Origin: a virus
Taxonomy: Duplodnaviria > Caudoviricetes
IMG/VR virus record: IMGVR_UViG_3300027637_000004
Coordinates: 1 to 24,771 of that record
DNA length: 24,771 nucleotides
Strand: one strand, 5' to 3'
Within the stretch, counting starts at the first letter, position 1. Each line of letters starts with the position of its first letter. Below the pieces are notes generated by a model. The model was not told the origin of the DNA. It worked only from the letters and a program-made list of their open reading frames with translations, and ran no database searches. The position numbers and the translations under genes were made by a program. Positions 16,898 through 24,769 of this stretch are shown in pieces.

Positions 16898-19227
16898 TAC
16901 TCATCACCTCTCAAGGTTTTGCGTAGGCTCAAGGCGAACTCACGCATTCTCGACTCGGGGTCACGACCTACCTGAGCAGCCATTTTGTTGACGGCCGCTT
17001 TCAAGCCCACGGGCTCAGTCACGCCCGCGTGTGCACCAAAACGGATCGGTGTCACCGTCCGCGCAAGCTCGCCGCCTTGAATCGTGAACGATCGGCTTCG
17101 CGTCGGAAAGCCAGGAACCGGAACGAGCAGCGCAGCCGCAAGCTCGCGCTTGCCCGGCTTCTCGCGATGCGGGCCCCAGTCGCCGGACAACTGACACGCC
17201 ATCATGCGTGCAACCTGGCTGGCATCGACACCAGGGATCAGCGCCCCGGAGATCCACACCCCGCGTGCGTTTTCGCCGACACGAGCAGTAGCGACCACCG
17301 AACACGCGTTGTCGTAGTGCTCGCGTCGGGCTGAGCCCTTCGGGCCCATTGGTGCGTGACCACAGTCCATCGTGATCGGACCGGTAGCGATCTTCGTGTA
17401 GCCGCCTCGCCCGTCGTCAACCATCGTCGCTCGGTTCATCCAAATGCCGTAGTCGACGTTGCCCGTGGGAACCGTGACACGCTTGTCCCGGTAACCACGG
17501 TGTGCCACCTGCTTCGGTGCGAGATACCCGAAGAACCGGCCCTCATCGGTCACCGTAATAGCGCCGATCTCAGGAACCTCTTTCGGCTCATCGAACCAAT
17601 CGGCCGGGGGAAGATCGGGGATCGTGATCGTATACGTCGAAGCGGTGACGAGTTCTTCCGAGTCCTCGTCCTCTTCGATGTCGTCAGGCAACGGCTCGTC
17701 AAGGTACAATCGCGCTTCCGCGAAGGCGGGGATGTCCACCAGGTCGACAGCGCGGATACGCGCCCCAGCGGTAACAATCTCCTGCGTCGGAGTCATGCAT
17801 GCGGGGTCAAGCTCGGCGTCTTCGGAGTCGCACTCTGCGGGAAACGTGTATTCGACCGTAAGCCCCGGCCCGTCCGGGTCCTCATCAACGATGATCGACA
17901 CGCCTGCGAGCGTCCCCGGCTCGTCTTCGGTTCCCATCCTGCGCGCTGCTTCACGTCCCCTGCGTGTACTCAAGTCGATCACGCCTCGCGTGAATAGCTG
18001 TCCACCTTCGGCGCGCTCCACGGAGTCGAGTCGGCCGACAGTTTCCACGCGATCGGAGCCTGCGGAACCGTGGCCGCGTTCGTACTGATACCCGAGGGGA
18101 ATCTCAAGAGAGGCAGTAGAACCTGGAGCCTGCCATGTCAGTGAATCCAGCGCAAAACCCCTGCGGTCACCCGACGAACGACCTTCAACAACGATCGGTC
18201 CGTGAATACCCGCCAAGCGTCGACCGGGCTTCGCAGTGCTTTCTGTTTCGGACGCGTACAGCGCTGCCATCTGCGCGAGCGCCGCCTCTTCCGTGTCGTG
18301 ACAACCTTCGACTTCCCCGTCTTCAGTCTTGACCACCGCGAACTCACCCGAGCCGCAACCGGGGTTGCCCGTCTGAATCTCCCAAGGCATGGGTTGCTCC
18401 TCTTCGTAGGCTGCGGCGTTCAGTGTGAGTACCGCGCCGTTGTCGTTCAAGTTCAGGTCTGCGGGGTTGAACACCGCGAAGGTCGCGCACCGGCAGTTGA
18501 TAACCTCCGCAGCGGGCCCCGTAGGGTCACCGGGGAATTGCAAGGGGAAACCGCCCACCGTAAACGGCTCCGTGAACGGCACCGTCTGCCTGTCCGCCTC
18601 GTGGTGTGTCGGCCGTGTACGTTGATCTTCGGTGGCCTGCCACTCCTTGCGCATGACACCGGACGGGATACCGTACGCGGATTCGAACCGCTGCATGGTG
18701 CCCATAGCGACCGTGTTGCGCGCCCCGTGCACCTCGGTTCGAGCGATCATCCGCGCACGACCCTCGGTCACCCCGACAGCATCCCGAACGCGAGCCGCGA
18801 GCTTCGGAATGGGCTCCCCTAGCTCGGTACCTTCCACGAGCGCCGCACGTGCATTGAACCAAAGCGCGTCACCGATGCCCACCAACCGGTTTTGCGCCTG
18901 CCGTAGGTACAGCTCCGTGTCGATTGCCTGGTCTGCCAGCAGTGTCAACGGGTTTCCCAGCGCTTCGGCGAGGTGCGCAACCGTGGAAACGCTCGCGTCC
19001 AGCATGTTCAGCTCAAGCGCGGGTGACAGCTCAGCTGCGACGTACGCCGCCCAGATAGTCACAACGGCGTCCATCGCGGTCTGATCGGCCTCACGCAGCG
19101 CGCGTTCGATGTCCTCAGTGTTCATCACTTCGATCATCGCCGCCGTGAGGCCAGCCATGACGAGCGCTTCGAACTCCTCGGAGCTGAGTTCGAGTTCTTC
19201 CAGTGTTTGCAGCGGGACGGTTGCCAC
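16897..19227 (-). CDS. MuF-like minor head protein / capsid maturation protease fusion
   Basis: 776 aa. MuF motifs RARMIARTE, KEWQATEDQRTRPTH, PGDP...EVINCRC; then a protease-like region (EGRSSGDRRGF, GVSI, LVDIPAFAEA) and a C-terminal domain. Confidence 0.85.
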   Translation of the reverse strand: MATVPLQTLEELELSSEEFEALVMAGLTAAMIEVMNTEDIERALREADQTAMDAVVTIWAAYVAAELSPALELNMLDASVSTVAHLAEALGNPLTLLADQAIDTELYLRQAQNRLVGIGDALWFNARAALVEGTELGEPIPKLAARVRDAVGVTEGRARMIARTEVHGARNTVAMGTMQRFESAYGIPSGVMRKEWQATEDQRTRPTHHEADRQTVPFTEPFTVGGFPLQFPGDPTGPAAEVINCRCATFAVFNPADLNLNDNGAVLTLNAAAYEEEQPMPWEIQTGNPGCGSGEFAVVKTEDGEVEGCHDTEEAALAQMAALYASETESTAKPGRRLAGIHGPIVVEGRSSGDRRGFALDSLTWQAPGSTASLEIPLGYQYERGHGSAGSDRVETVGRLDSVERAEGGQLFTRGVIDLSTRRGREAARRMGTEDEPGTLAGVSIIVDEDPDGPGLTVEYTFPAECDSEDAELDPACMTPTQEIVTAGARIRAVDLVDIPAFAEARLYLDEPLPDDIEEDEDSEELVTASTYTITIPDLPPADWFDEPKEVPEIGAITVTDEGRFFGYLAPKQVAHRGYRDKRVTVPTGNVDYGIWMNRATMVDDGRGGYTKIATGPITMDCGHAPMGPKGSARREHYDNACSVVATARVGENARGVWISGALIPGVDASQVARMMACQLSGDWGPHREKPGKRELAAALLVPVPGFPTRSRSFTIQGGELARTVTPIRFGAHAGVTEPVGLKAAVNKMAAQVGRDPESRMREFALSLRKTLRGDE

Positions 19228-20654
19228 TAGACCTCACCCGGATTCCTCGCCTGCGTGTTCGCGGGGTCTTCGGCACCCGCGTCACCTTCCGTCGACTCCG
19301 TACCCATTTCCGGAAGCGCCTGCGGTGGGTTCGCAACCGCAGCCACACCAGCGCTTCGAAGCTCAAGCTTCTTGGTCATGTCGTCAAGCTGTTCGGGTGT
19401 GGGCGCGTCTGATTCGGAGAACCCGGATTCACGACGGAGCGCCGCGCCGTTGATCTCCATGCGGTCGTACGCCAGGATCGCGTCATCAGACTTGTCAGGA
19501 CGCTGCACGATCTCTGACGGGTCGTACCACATGACGATACGGCCACCGTTGGGCCCCGTCAGGAGGTCTTCGCTAAGCCGTTCCCCTTCGGCGCGAAGCA
19601 CCGGGGTGAGGTATCCCTTCGTGAGCGCATGGCAGATCATTTCAGCGTCAGGCGCGATATGCAGCTTGATACCGGACTCTTCGACCTGCGCCGCTCCCCA
19701 GTGGTTCATGCCGGATACACCGAGGAGGAGGTCACTCGGGAGGTCAAGCGCGGTGGCAAGGCGACGAATCGCGCTTTCGCGCTGCGGAATCAGCTTGTCA
19801 TCGATGGGATTCGACAGGTCGAGTGCCATCATGACATCTGCTAGTTTCGTTTCGGTGTTTTCCCCGAGGTCAACACCAACGGGCAACTTGAGTGCCGCTT
19901 CCGCGCTCATCGCGTCTTTGATGCCACGCGAGGCGACTTCGACCAGTACTTGCGCGAACGGGTCCTGCCCCTCAACACCTGCGGGGTTCGGCGTCTGCGG
20001 GAACGACAGCTTGCCACGGTCGTACAGGAGGATACCGTTCGACGCGAGGCGGGATACGGTCTCAGCCACGATGCGCTTATTGATGAGGTCGAGTTCACTC
20101 ATCGACCCGAGCGCGTGCGCCGCTACTGAACACGCACGGTACGAGTAACGCTCGTCGGGACGCCAGAACCTGACGACCATCGTGTCAGAACCCAGATTGA
20201 TCCATGCCCGTTGTGATTCGCCTACACGGAGTTGGTACACACCTTCACGCACACGAAGTTCGTCAGCGGAGTACACCGCCCAGATCTCTTCGCCGTCTTC
20301 GTCCTCGTGGCCGACCAGCCAGCCTTCGCCGGGAACGTTGTAATGGATGCCCATGAGTTTCATCAGCTGCGCCTGGCCACCGATACCGCCTGCGAGCCGT
20401 GCAACGGCGTCCGCTGCGGGTCCCTCGGCGATCGGCAAAGGCTCGTCACCGCCCGGTATGTACTCTGCGGCGAGGAGACGCACGCGTGAAAGCGCGTTGC
20501 CTTTCCAGTTGACCGCAGCCGAGAATTCCTCAAGCCGGTAGTAGTAATCCCACAGCTGGTCTTGCACGGAGGTGTACTGCGGGTTATAGGCACGGGAAGG
20601 GGACAGCACGGAAGCGGACGCTATGAGCGTGGTGCCGAATGCCGGAAGTCCCAT
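19227..20654 (-). CDS. Portal protein, 475 aa
   Basis: Start moved to ATG 20654 (SD AGGA). Motifs SRLASNGIL, RESAIRRLATALDLP...NHWGAAQVEE and WYDPS resemble cluster B-type portals. Lies upstream of MuF and capsid. Confidence 0.88.
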   Translation of the reverse strand: MGLPAFGTTLIASASVLSPSRAYNPQYTSVQDQLWDYYYRLEEFSAAVNWKGNALSRVRLLAAEYIPGGDEPLPIAEGPAADAVARLAGGIGGQAQLMKLMGIHYNVPGEGWLVGHEDEDGEEIWAVYSADELRVREGVYQLRVGESQRAWINLGSDTMVVRFWRPDERYSYRACSVAAHALGSMSELDLINKRIVAETVSRLASNGILLYDRGKLSFPQTPNPAGVEGQDPFAQVLVEVASRGIKDAMSAEAALKLPVGVDLGENTETKLADVMMALDLSNPIDDKLIPQRESAIRRLATALDLPSDLLLGVSGMNHWGAAQVEESGIKLHIAPDAEMICHALTKGYLTPVLRAEGERLSEDLLTGPNGGRIVMWYDPSEIVQRPDKSDDAILAYDRMEINGAALRRESGFSESDAPTPEQLDDMTKKLELRSAGVAAVANPPQALPEMGTESTEGDAGAEDPANTQARNPGEV

Positions 20655-20662
20655 GTGTTGTC

Positions 20663-20992
20663 CTAATCCCCGTCGATGCGCCCCAAGAATCCGACCACGG
20701 TTGACATCGCCAACCATGTGAGTATCGGGTAATCGAGTCCGTACGCCACCGATACTAGCACCGTGATCACTCCCGACACCCAGAATCCAAGGCACCACGG
20801 ACATGAGAGCAGATACGCAAGCTTCGAATTCCAAAGCTCATCCTTCCCCCCGTCATGCTTGGCGTACCACCTGCGCTCAAACCACCAGCGCAGACGTTCG
20901 AAGACGGGTTCCGTGATCTTGTCAGAGGTGACTAGTCGTGTCACTCGGTAAGCCGCGAGCGATGCCAGCGCGACTAGCCACCACTCAGCCAT
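20663..20992 (-). CDS. DUF1360-like membrane protein
   Basis: LAAYRVTRLVTSDKITEP and YLLSCPWCLGFW motifs with hydrophobic helices. ATG 20992 preferred over 21004 on SD spacing. Confidence 0.75.
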   Translation of the reverse strand: MAEWWLVALASLAAYRVTRLVTSDKITEPVFERLRWWFERRWYAKHDGGKDELWNSKLAYLLSCPWCLGFWVSGVITVLVSVAYGLDYPILTWLAMSTVVGFLGRIDGD

Positions 20993-21182
20993 TATCGGAT
21001 TCATCCTTTGGCTTGCGCGGCCACGCCTTCACGGTCGCCAGGACGAGTGCGCCGAACGGGACAGACGCACCTAGTACCGCCTGCCATAGCGCAATTTCCT
21101 TGGCCTCGGCGTCAACATAGAACGCTACCAGCGCAATGATCGTTGCACCGAAGGCGTACACGGTTGCTCGGGTTCCGCTCAT
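20985..21182 (-). CDS. Putative holin (2 TM segments)
   Basis: 65 aa, two hydrophobic segments, charged C-terminus, within the lysis cassette. Confidence 0.65.
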   Translation of the reverse strand: MSGTRATVYAFGATIIALVAFYVDAEAKEIALWQAVLGASVPFGALVLATVKAWPRKPKDESDNG

Positions 21183-21457
21183 GACGGGCAGTCCGTTTCT
21201 AGATTCTGCACGTGCACCTTCACGTCATCGACGTCTGACCGGAGCGCACTAATCGCGCTATCGATCCTATCGAGTCGTTCGATGATGCCTGGTCGTTCTT
21301 CCGGGTCCCCCGGATATCTGGCGTCGCGCCCTGTGAGCACGTCGATTGCCGCAACGGTCTGTCGCATAGGTCTCCACACCTTCCCCACGATACCGCTGAG
21401 TAGCGCTGCCCCAACGATTCCCGCCGCAGTCCATATCTCGGGGTTTTGCAGCGTCAC
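21179..21457 (-). CDS. Lysis-cassette membrane protein (1 TM plus coiled coil)
   Basis: 92 aa, N-terminal TM, ERPGIIERLDRID coiled coil, overlaps the endolysin stop. Confidence 0.7.
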   Translation of the reverse strand: MTLQNPEIWTAAGIVGAALLSGIVGKVWRPMRQTVAAIDVLTGRDARYPGDPEERPGIIERLDRIDSAISALRSDVDDVKVHVQNLETDCPS

Positions 21458-22146
21458 GAGATGCCCAGCAGTTTGTTCCAGCTCTTCGGTCCGCAGATGC
21501 CGTCAACCGCGAGCTTGTGCTTCGACTGGAACGATCGGAGCGCTTTTTCGACCTGCGGACCGAAGATGCCGTCAATACTGACCTTGTATCCCCGGGCGTT
21601 GAGCACGCCTTGCAGGATGCGAACCGCGAGCCCGTTGCTGCCGCGCCTGACTGTATCCATCTTGTCACCCAACCTGTTCTTTTCCGTGCTCGGTTTGCTT
21701 GGCTTGCTGGGCTTGCTGGGCTTCGCAGGTTTGCCGAGATCATCGATCCCCCACGATGCCGTGCTGTCGTAGTCGCGAGTGCTGCGCCCGTCCGGCCCGT
21801 TGCCCACCGACACGTGTGCGTGGCCCTTGTGTGCGTTGACGCCGTTGTAGTCCCGCGCTTCGAAGTTGTATTTCCGCTGGTAGATCTTCCGATTGAAGAT
21901 CACGTAGCGCAAGTTCGGATGCGGATTCGCAACCAGATGACGCACGAACTCCGGGAGGTCAAGCCCATGATCGGGCTTGACATCGATGGCGCACACGACA
22001 TCACAGCACTCGTTCGGGTTGTGATCCGAATACCCGCTCTGGTGAGACGCGTCCCCGATATCCCAGATAGTCGTATCGGGGTAGAAGTATTCGATCTCTG
22101 ACGTGAGCACAACGAGGCTCTTTGCCAATCGCCAGTTACTAGACAT
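21454..22146 (-). CDS. Endolysin: M15-like Zn peptidase plus PG_binding_1 domain
   Basis: GDASH...SDHNP...AID...HKGHAHVS metal ligands; C-terminal RRGSNGLAVRILQ...DGIFGPQVEKALRSFQ...DGICGPKSW. ATG 22146 behind GAGGTG; GTG 22155 is an alternative start. Confidence 0.9.
   Translation of the reverse strand: MSSNWRLAKSLVVLTSEIEYFYPDTTIWDIGDASHQSGYSDHNPNECCDVVCAIDVKPDHGLDLPEFVRHLVANPHPNLRYVIFNRKIYQRKYNFEARDYNGVNAHKGHAHVSVGNGPDGRSTRDYDSTASWGIDDLGKPAKPSKPSKPSKPSTEKNRLGDKMDTVRRGSNGLAVRILQGVLNARGYKVSIDGIFGPQVEKALRSFQSKHKLAVDGICGPKSWNKLLGIS
21688..21732 (-). repeat. Five 9-bp units encoding a KP(A/S) linker in the endolysin
   Basis: AAACCTGCG AAGCCCAGC AAGCCCAGC AAGCCAAGC AAACCGAGC. Confidence 0.85.
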
Positions 22147-22241
22147 GGCTGTCACCTCTGGATTCTCTTGTAGTCACCGTGTCACTCATCGGTTTACGGT
22201 AACACAGACGAGAGCACCGCTCTGACTTTCAGGCACACGAA

Positions 22242-22270
22242 AGCCCTGGACGTTAGTACCATCCAGGGCT
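22242..22270 (-). terminator. Intrinsic terminator closing the leftward accessory operon
   Basis: Perfect 9-bp stem AGCCCTGGA/TCCAGGGCT followed by TTCGTGT on the minus strand, 13 nt after the stop at 22284. Confidence 0.75.
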
Positions 22271-22283
22271 CCGTTCGGATGAC

Positions 22284-22592
22284 CTATGCTGCGAGCGTGC
22301 GCGTTTCCGCCTTCCGCAACGCGTCAAGTGCGATCCGCGACGCGCGCATCTTCGCAACCGCGAGCGCACCGGGGACGGCGGCGTACGACCCGTATGCCAG
22401 TCGGGAGAGATCAGGCCGGAACGCCACGTAGATGTTCGCTGACCAGTAGATTCGCCCCGCCAGCTCGTACACCTGCGAATAGGTGCGGTTGGTGCGGGCT
22501 TCGTTGGAGTAGTGGCGCAGGTGGCGGGTTTTGGTCTCGCTGGTCCAATCGTTCGTCTCTTCGACGGTCACCCAGGTATTGACGTTCATCAT
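22284..22592 (-). CDS. Hypothetical protein (102 aa)
   Basis: ATGA-coupled to the upstream gene, SD AAGGAG, followed by a terminator. Confidence 0.7.
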   Translation of the reverse strand: MMNVNTWVTVEETNDWTSETKTRHLRHYSNEARTNRTYSQVYELAGRIYWSANIYVAFRPDLSRLAYGSYAAVPGALAVAKMRASRIALDALRKAETRTLAA

Positions 22593-22822
22593 CGGTCATA
22601 CTCCTTGTGGTCCTCGCACAGCGTGTACCCGTCCGAAACAGTAACGCACCCGTAGAAAGAGCACACATCGTAGTCATAGCACAGGTCTGCGTACACATCC
22701 CATGCCGATTGCGCCCACTGGTCGTCACTGTCGGAGTTGGAGCGGTCTGCCGCTGCCTGTGCACGCTTTGATTCGTTTTCTGCCGCGAGGAGTTTAGCCA
22801 GTTCTCGGTTGTTCATCTTCAT
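22589..22822 (-). CDS. Hypothetical protein with Cys/His-rich C-terminus (77 aa)
   Basis: SD GAGAGGA; C-x5-C-x4-C-x9-C-x2-H. Confidence 0.75.
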   Translation of the reverse strand: MKMNNRELAKLLAAENESKRAQAAADRSNSDSDDQWAQSAWDVYADLCYDYDVCSFYGCVTVSDGYTLCEDHKEYDR

Positions 22823-22842
22823 GTCCTCTCATCGTTGTCTCT

Positions 22843-22848
22843 ACCCTA
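22843..22848 (-). promoter_or_regulatory. Possible leftward -10 box (TAGGGT)
   Basis: Fits TAGRRT, 20 nt before the 22822 start; no convincing -35. Confidence 0.35.
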
Positions 22849-22917
22849 CACCGTTCCGGGCTTTCCCGCTACCTCAGGGCCCCACAAAATAATTCCTGAA
22901 AACTTGTCCCGGAACCC

Positions 22918-22946
22918 TTGACGGTCGAGCCCGCACGGCTTACCTT
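22918..22946 (+). promoter_or_regulatory. Housekeeping-sigma (HrdB/SigA-type) promoter
   Basis: TTGACG - 17 nt - TACCTT, with an AT-rich stretch upstream, 41 nt before ATG 22988. Confidence 0.75.
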
Positions 22947-22987
22947 TGAGAGGTACCACAAAGACCCACGACGCAAAGGACAAGATC

Positions 22988-23125
22988 ATGGAGCAGGTTA
23001 AGCAGGTTTGCCGTAAGTGCCTGGAGTTCGGTACCCCGGTAGTCACCAAGGAGTGGAGCAACCCTACTCGCAGACTCCACTGGTGCGCGAAGCCCAAGTG
23101 CGTTGAAGACTCCGAACGCTACTAG
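22988..23125 (+). CDS. Small putative Zn-binding protein (45 aa)
   Basis: Below the ORF-track cutoff. SD AAAGGA. MEQVKQVCRKCLEFGTPVVTKEWSNPTRRLHWCAKPKCVEDSERY (CxxC...Cx4C). Confidence 0.7.
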   Translation: MEQVKQVCRKCLEFGTPVVTKEWSNPTRRLHWCAKPKCVEDSERY

Positions 23126-23131
23126 ACATCA

Positions 23132-23180
23132 GCCCCAGCAGCCGAAGAGGCCGAAGGTTCACAACCTAACCGGGGCACTC
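23132..23180 (+). ncRNA. Candidate tRNA-like three-way-junction RNA with no anticodon arm
   Basis: GCCCCAG-CA-GCC(GAAGA)GGC-CGA-AGG(TTCACAA)CCT-AA-CCGGGGC-ACTC, folded by eye. Confidence 0.45.
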
Positions 23181-23209
23181 AGTAACACAACGATCAAAGG
23201 ATAAAGACC

Positions 23210-23449
23210 ATGAGCACGCTCGCACTCCTCAACCAGGCCACCACGATGCGCAACCTCGACCGGAACCGAGCCGTTCGCGCCCGGCAGTCCGGTGACCTCA
23301 ACAACGCCGCTCGATTCGCCACTCTCATGAACGCATGGGAGATGCGGGCCCGAGCCTACGCCAACGCGGTCGGTACCCGGCTCGTGTCAATGCCGGACAA
23401 CCCGACGGCCCTCGTCCCCGAGGTGTTCCTCACCCGACTCCCCCGCTAG
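23210..23449 (+). CDS. Hypothetical protein (79 aa)
   Basis: SD AAAGGA, GC3-rich codons, downstream of the rightward promoter. Confidence 0.75.
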   Translation: MSTLALLNQATTMRNLDRNRAVRARQSGDLNNAARFATLMNAWEMRARAYANAVGTRLVSMPDNPTALVPEVFLTRLPR

Positions 23450-23458
23450 GAATCGCTG

Positions 23459-23674
23459 ATGACCATGACGATGATTCCGCCCGTCGGTGGCGATCACAAG
23501 CTGTTCACACCGATCATCAAAGAACGCGACGGGTACCGCTGCACAAGCAACTGCGGCCGGACGCCACCCGCGAAAATGCTCAAGGTGGTCCGACGCGTCT
23601 GGTTCAAGCCGGACAGCTACGACAACCTGGAAACGATCTGCCAGTGGTGCGCACGCGAACAGGACAGAGACTAG
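23459..23674 (+). CDS. Degenerate HNH-fold Zn-finger protein (71 aa)
   Basis: ERDGYRCTSNCG...DNLETICQWC matches the small-HNH scaffold, but the catalytic His residues are absent. Confidence 0.65.
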   Translation: MTMTMIPPVGGDHKLFTPIIKERDGYRCTSNCGRTPPAKMLKVVRRVWFKPDSYDNLETICQWCAREQDRD

Positions 23675-23709
23675 CGACCTGTTAAACTGAACACGCCGCA
23701 AGGCTATGC

Positions 23710-23744
23710 GAAGGGTCCGACATCGGGGGGATGGCGGGCCCTTC
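23710..23744. terminator. Hairpin between convergent genes (probable bidirectional terminator)
   Basis: GAAGGGTCCG/CGGGCCCTTC plus inner CATC/GATG, abutting the terminase stop codon. Confidence 0.65.
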
Positions 23745-24769
23745 TAGCGTGTCAGACGAGTACCGAGCGGCGTCGGGATGGAGAACGGCAAGCCTTCGAT
23801 CTGCGGCCCTCCGAAGTGGCTGTACGTTCCTGAGATCTCATCCAAGCGCGCACCTGCGTACGCCTGCCTGGGGTCGTGCGCCTCAGGGTTACCGGTCCCG
23901 TCGTAGAATGCGAGAAGTAGGGCGTCAGCGATGTCAGGGGAACGTCCAAGGCGTTCCCGCACTTCGTCTTTCTTCTCGATCTTGATCTTGCCCGAACTGT
24001 CGACGATCTCATAACGAGGCGTGGTCAGCTCCGCAATGGCATCATCATCGAGGTTCGCCAGCGACCACAGTTCGTTACGCGACAACTCACGGCCATTCCA
24101 CCACGTTTCCGCACGCAGGTTGAGGAACCGCTTCGGCTGTGTCGACCGGGAGGCGAAGTTCAGCCCCCTCACAGTGCATTTGCTGCCTCGCTCTTTGAGC
24201 ACTTCACGCAAACGTCCTGCGACACCCCACCCGATGCCCGCAACGTCGATCTTGACCTTTTCGAGGTTCCATTCCTGAATGAGGTTCGCGAGCCTGCCGA
24301 CCGTCTTCATGGGGTCGGTGTCTGCGAAGCTCTCGATACGGCGCACAGCCGAACCTACGCGCTCAACCAGGACTGTACGGTCACCGCCACCACCAACGTC
24401 AATACCTCCGATGCGAACCGCTTCGGCGTTGTACGCAGGTTCGATGTACCGACACTGAGCGGCATTCTGCTCCGGGATCACGCGCCACGGGTCAGCGCTG
24501 GCACTGGGGAACTCCCCAAGGCACTTGGCCGCGAACAGTGCGGAGTCCTCACCCCAGGCGCGCCTGCGGTCCTCTACCCAATCCGGGGAGATCAGCTCTT
24601 CCAGGATGTTCTGTGGCACCTCCTCGCCGGTCACGGCGGGACTGTGCCTGTACGACACGTGGATGACGTTGAACGCACTGTCAGGTTTGCAGGCATCGGC
24701 GAACGGCCCTGTGGTGAGGTCAGGGTTCCCGATCGTGAGGATGCGCGCGTTCGCGTTAGACGCGATCGA
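23744..24769 (-). CDS. terL: Terminase large subunit, C-terminal part (5' end outside the window)
   Basis: Frame open to the window edge (...ARILTIGNP...). RNase H-fold nuclease motifs IGGIDVGGGGDRT, KIDVAGIGWGV, FLNLRAE, GRSPDIADAL. Confidence 0.93.
   Translation of the reverse strand, partial: SIASNANARILTIGNPDLTTGPFADACKPDSAFNVIHVSYRHSPAVTGEEVPQNILEELISPDWVEDRRRAWGEDSALFAAKCLGEFPSASADPWRVIPEQNAAQCRYIEPAYNAEAVRIGGIDVGGGGDRTVLVERVGSAVRRIESFADTDPMKTVGRLANLIQEWNLEKVKIDVAGIGWGVAGRLREVLKERGSKCTVRGLNFASRSTQPKRFLNLRAETWWNGRELSRNELWSLANLDDDAIAELTTPRYEIVDSSGKIKIEKKDEVRERLGRSPDIADALLLAFYDGTGNPEAHDPRQAYAGARLDEISGTYSHFGGPQIEGLPFSIPTPLGTRLTR

Noticed and set aside
20655-20834. N-terminal extensions in the ORF track (portal to 20834; also MCP 16700, GT32 13211, MTase 12622, gp10-like 7747)
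   Set aside because: They overlap upstream genes or hairpins, and downstream starts have better SD sequences.
21688-21732. 9-bp repeat as a CRISPR or phase-variation locus
   Set aside because: In-frame, synonymously diverged, no spacers; an ordinary interdomain linker.
149-22101. Many plus-strand ORFs, some long (3748..4548, 9604..10521, 14592..15509, 19255..20148)
   Set aside because: Antisense shadows of well-supported minus-strand genes in GC-rich DNA; no recognisable motifs.
22846-23097. 83-aa minus-strand ORF across the divergent promoter region
   Set aside because: It overlaps the promoters and the better-supported 45-aa plus-strand gene.
23132-23180. True tRNA gene, or hammerhead ribozyme
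   Set aside because: Only about 49 nt with no anticodon arm; lacks the CUGAnGA/GAAA hammerhead core.
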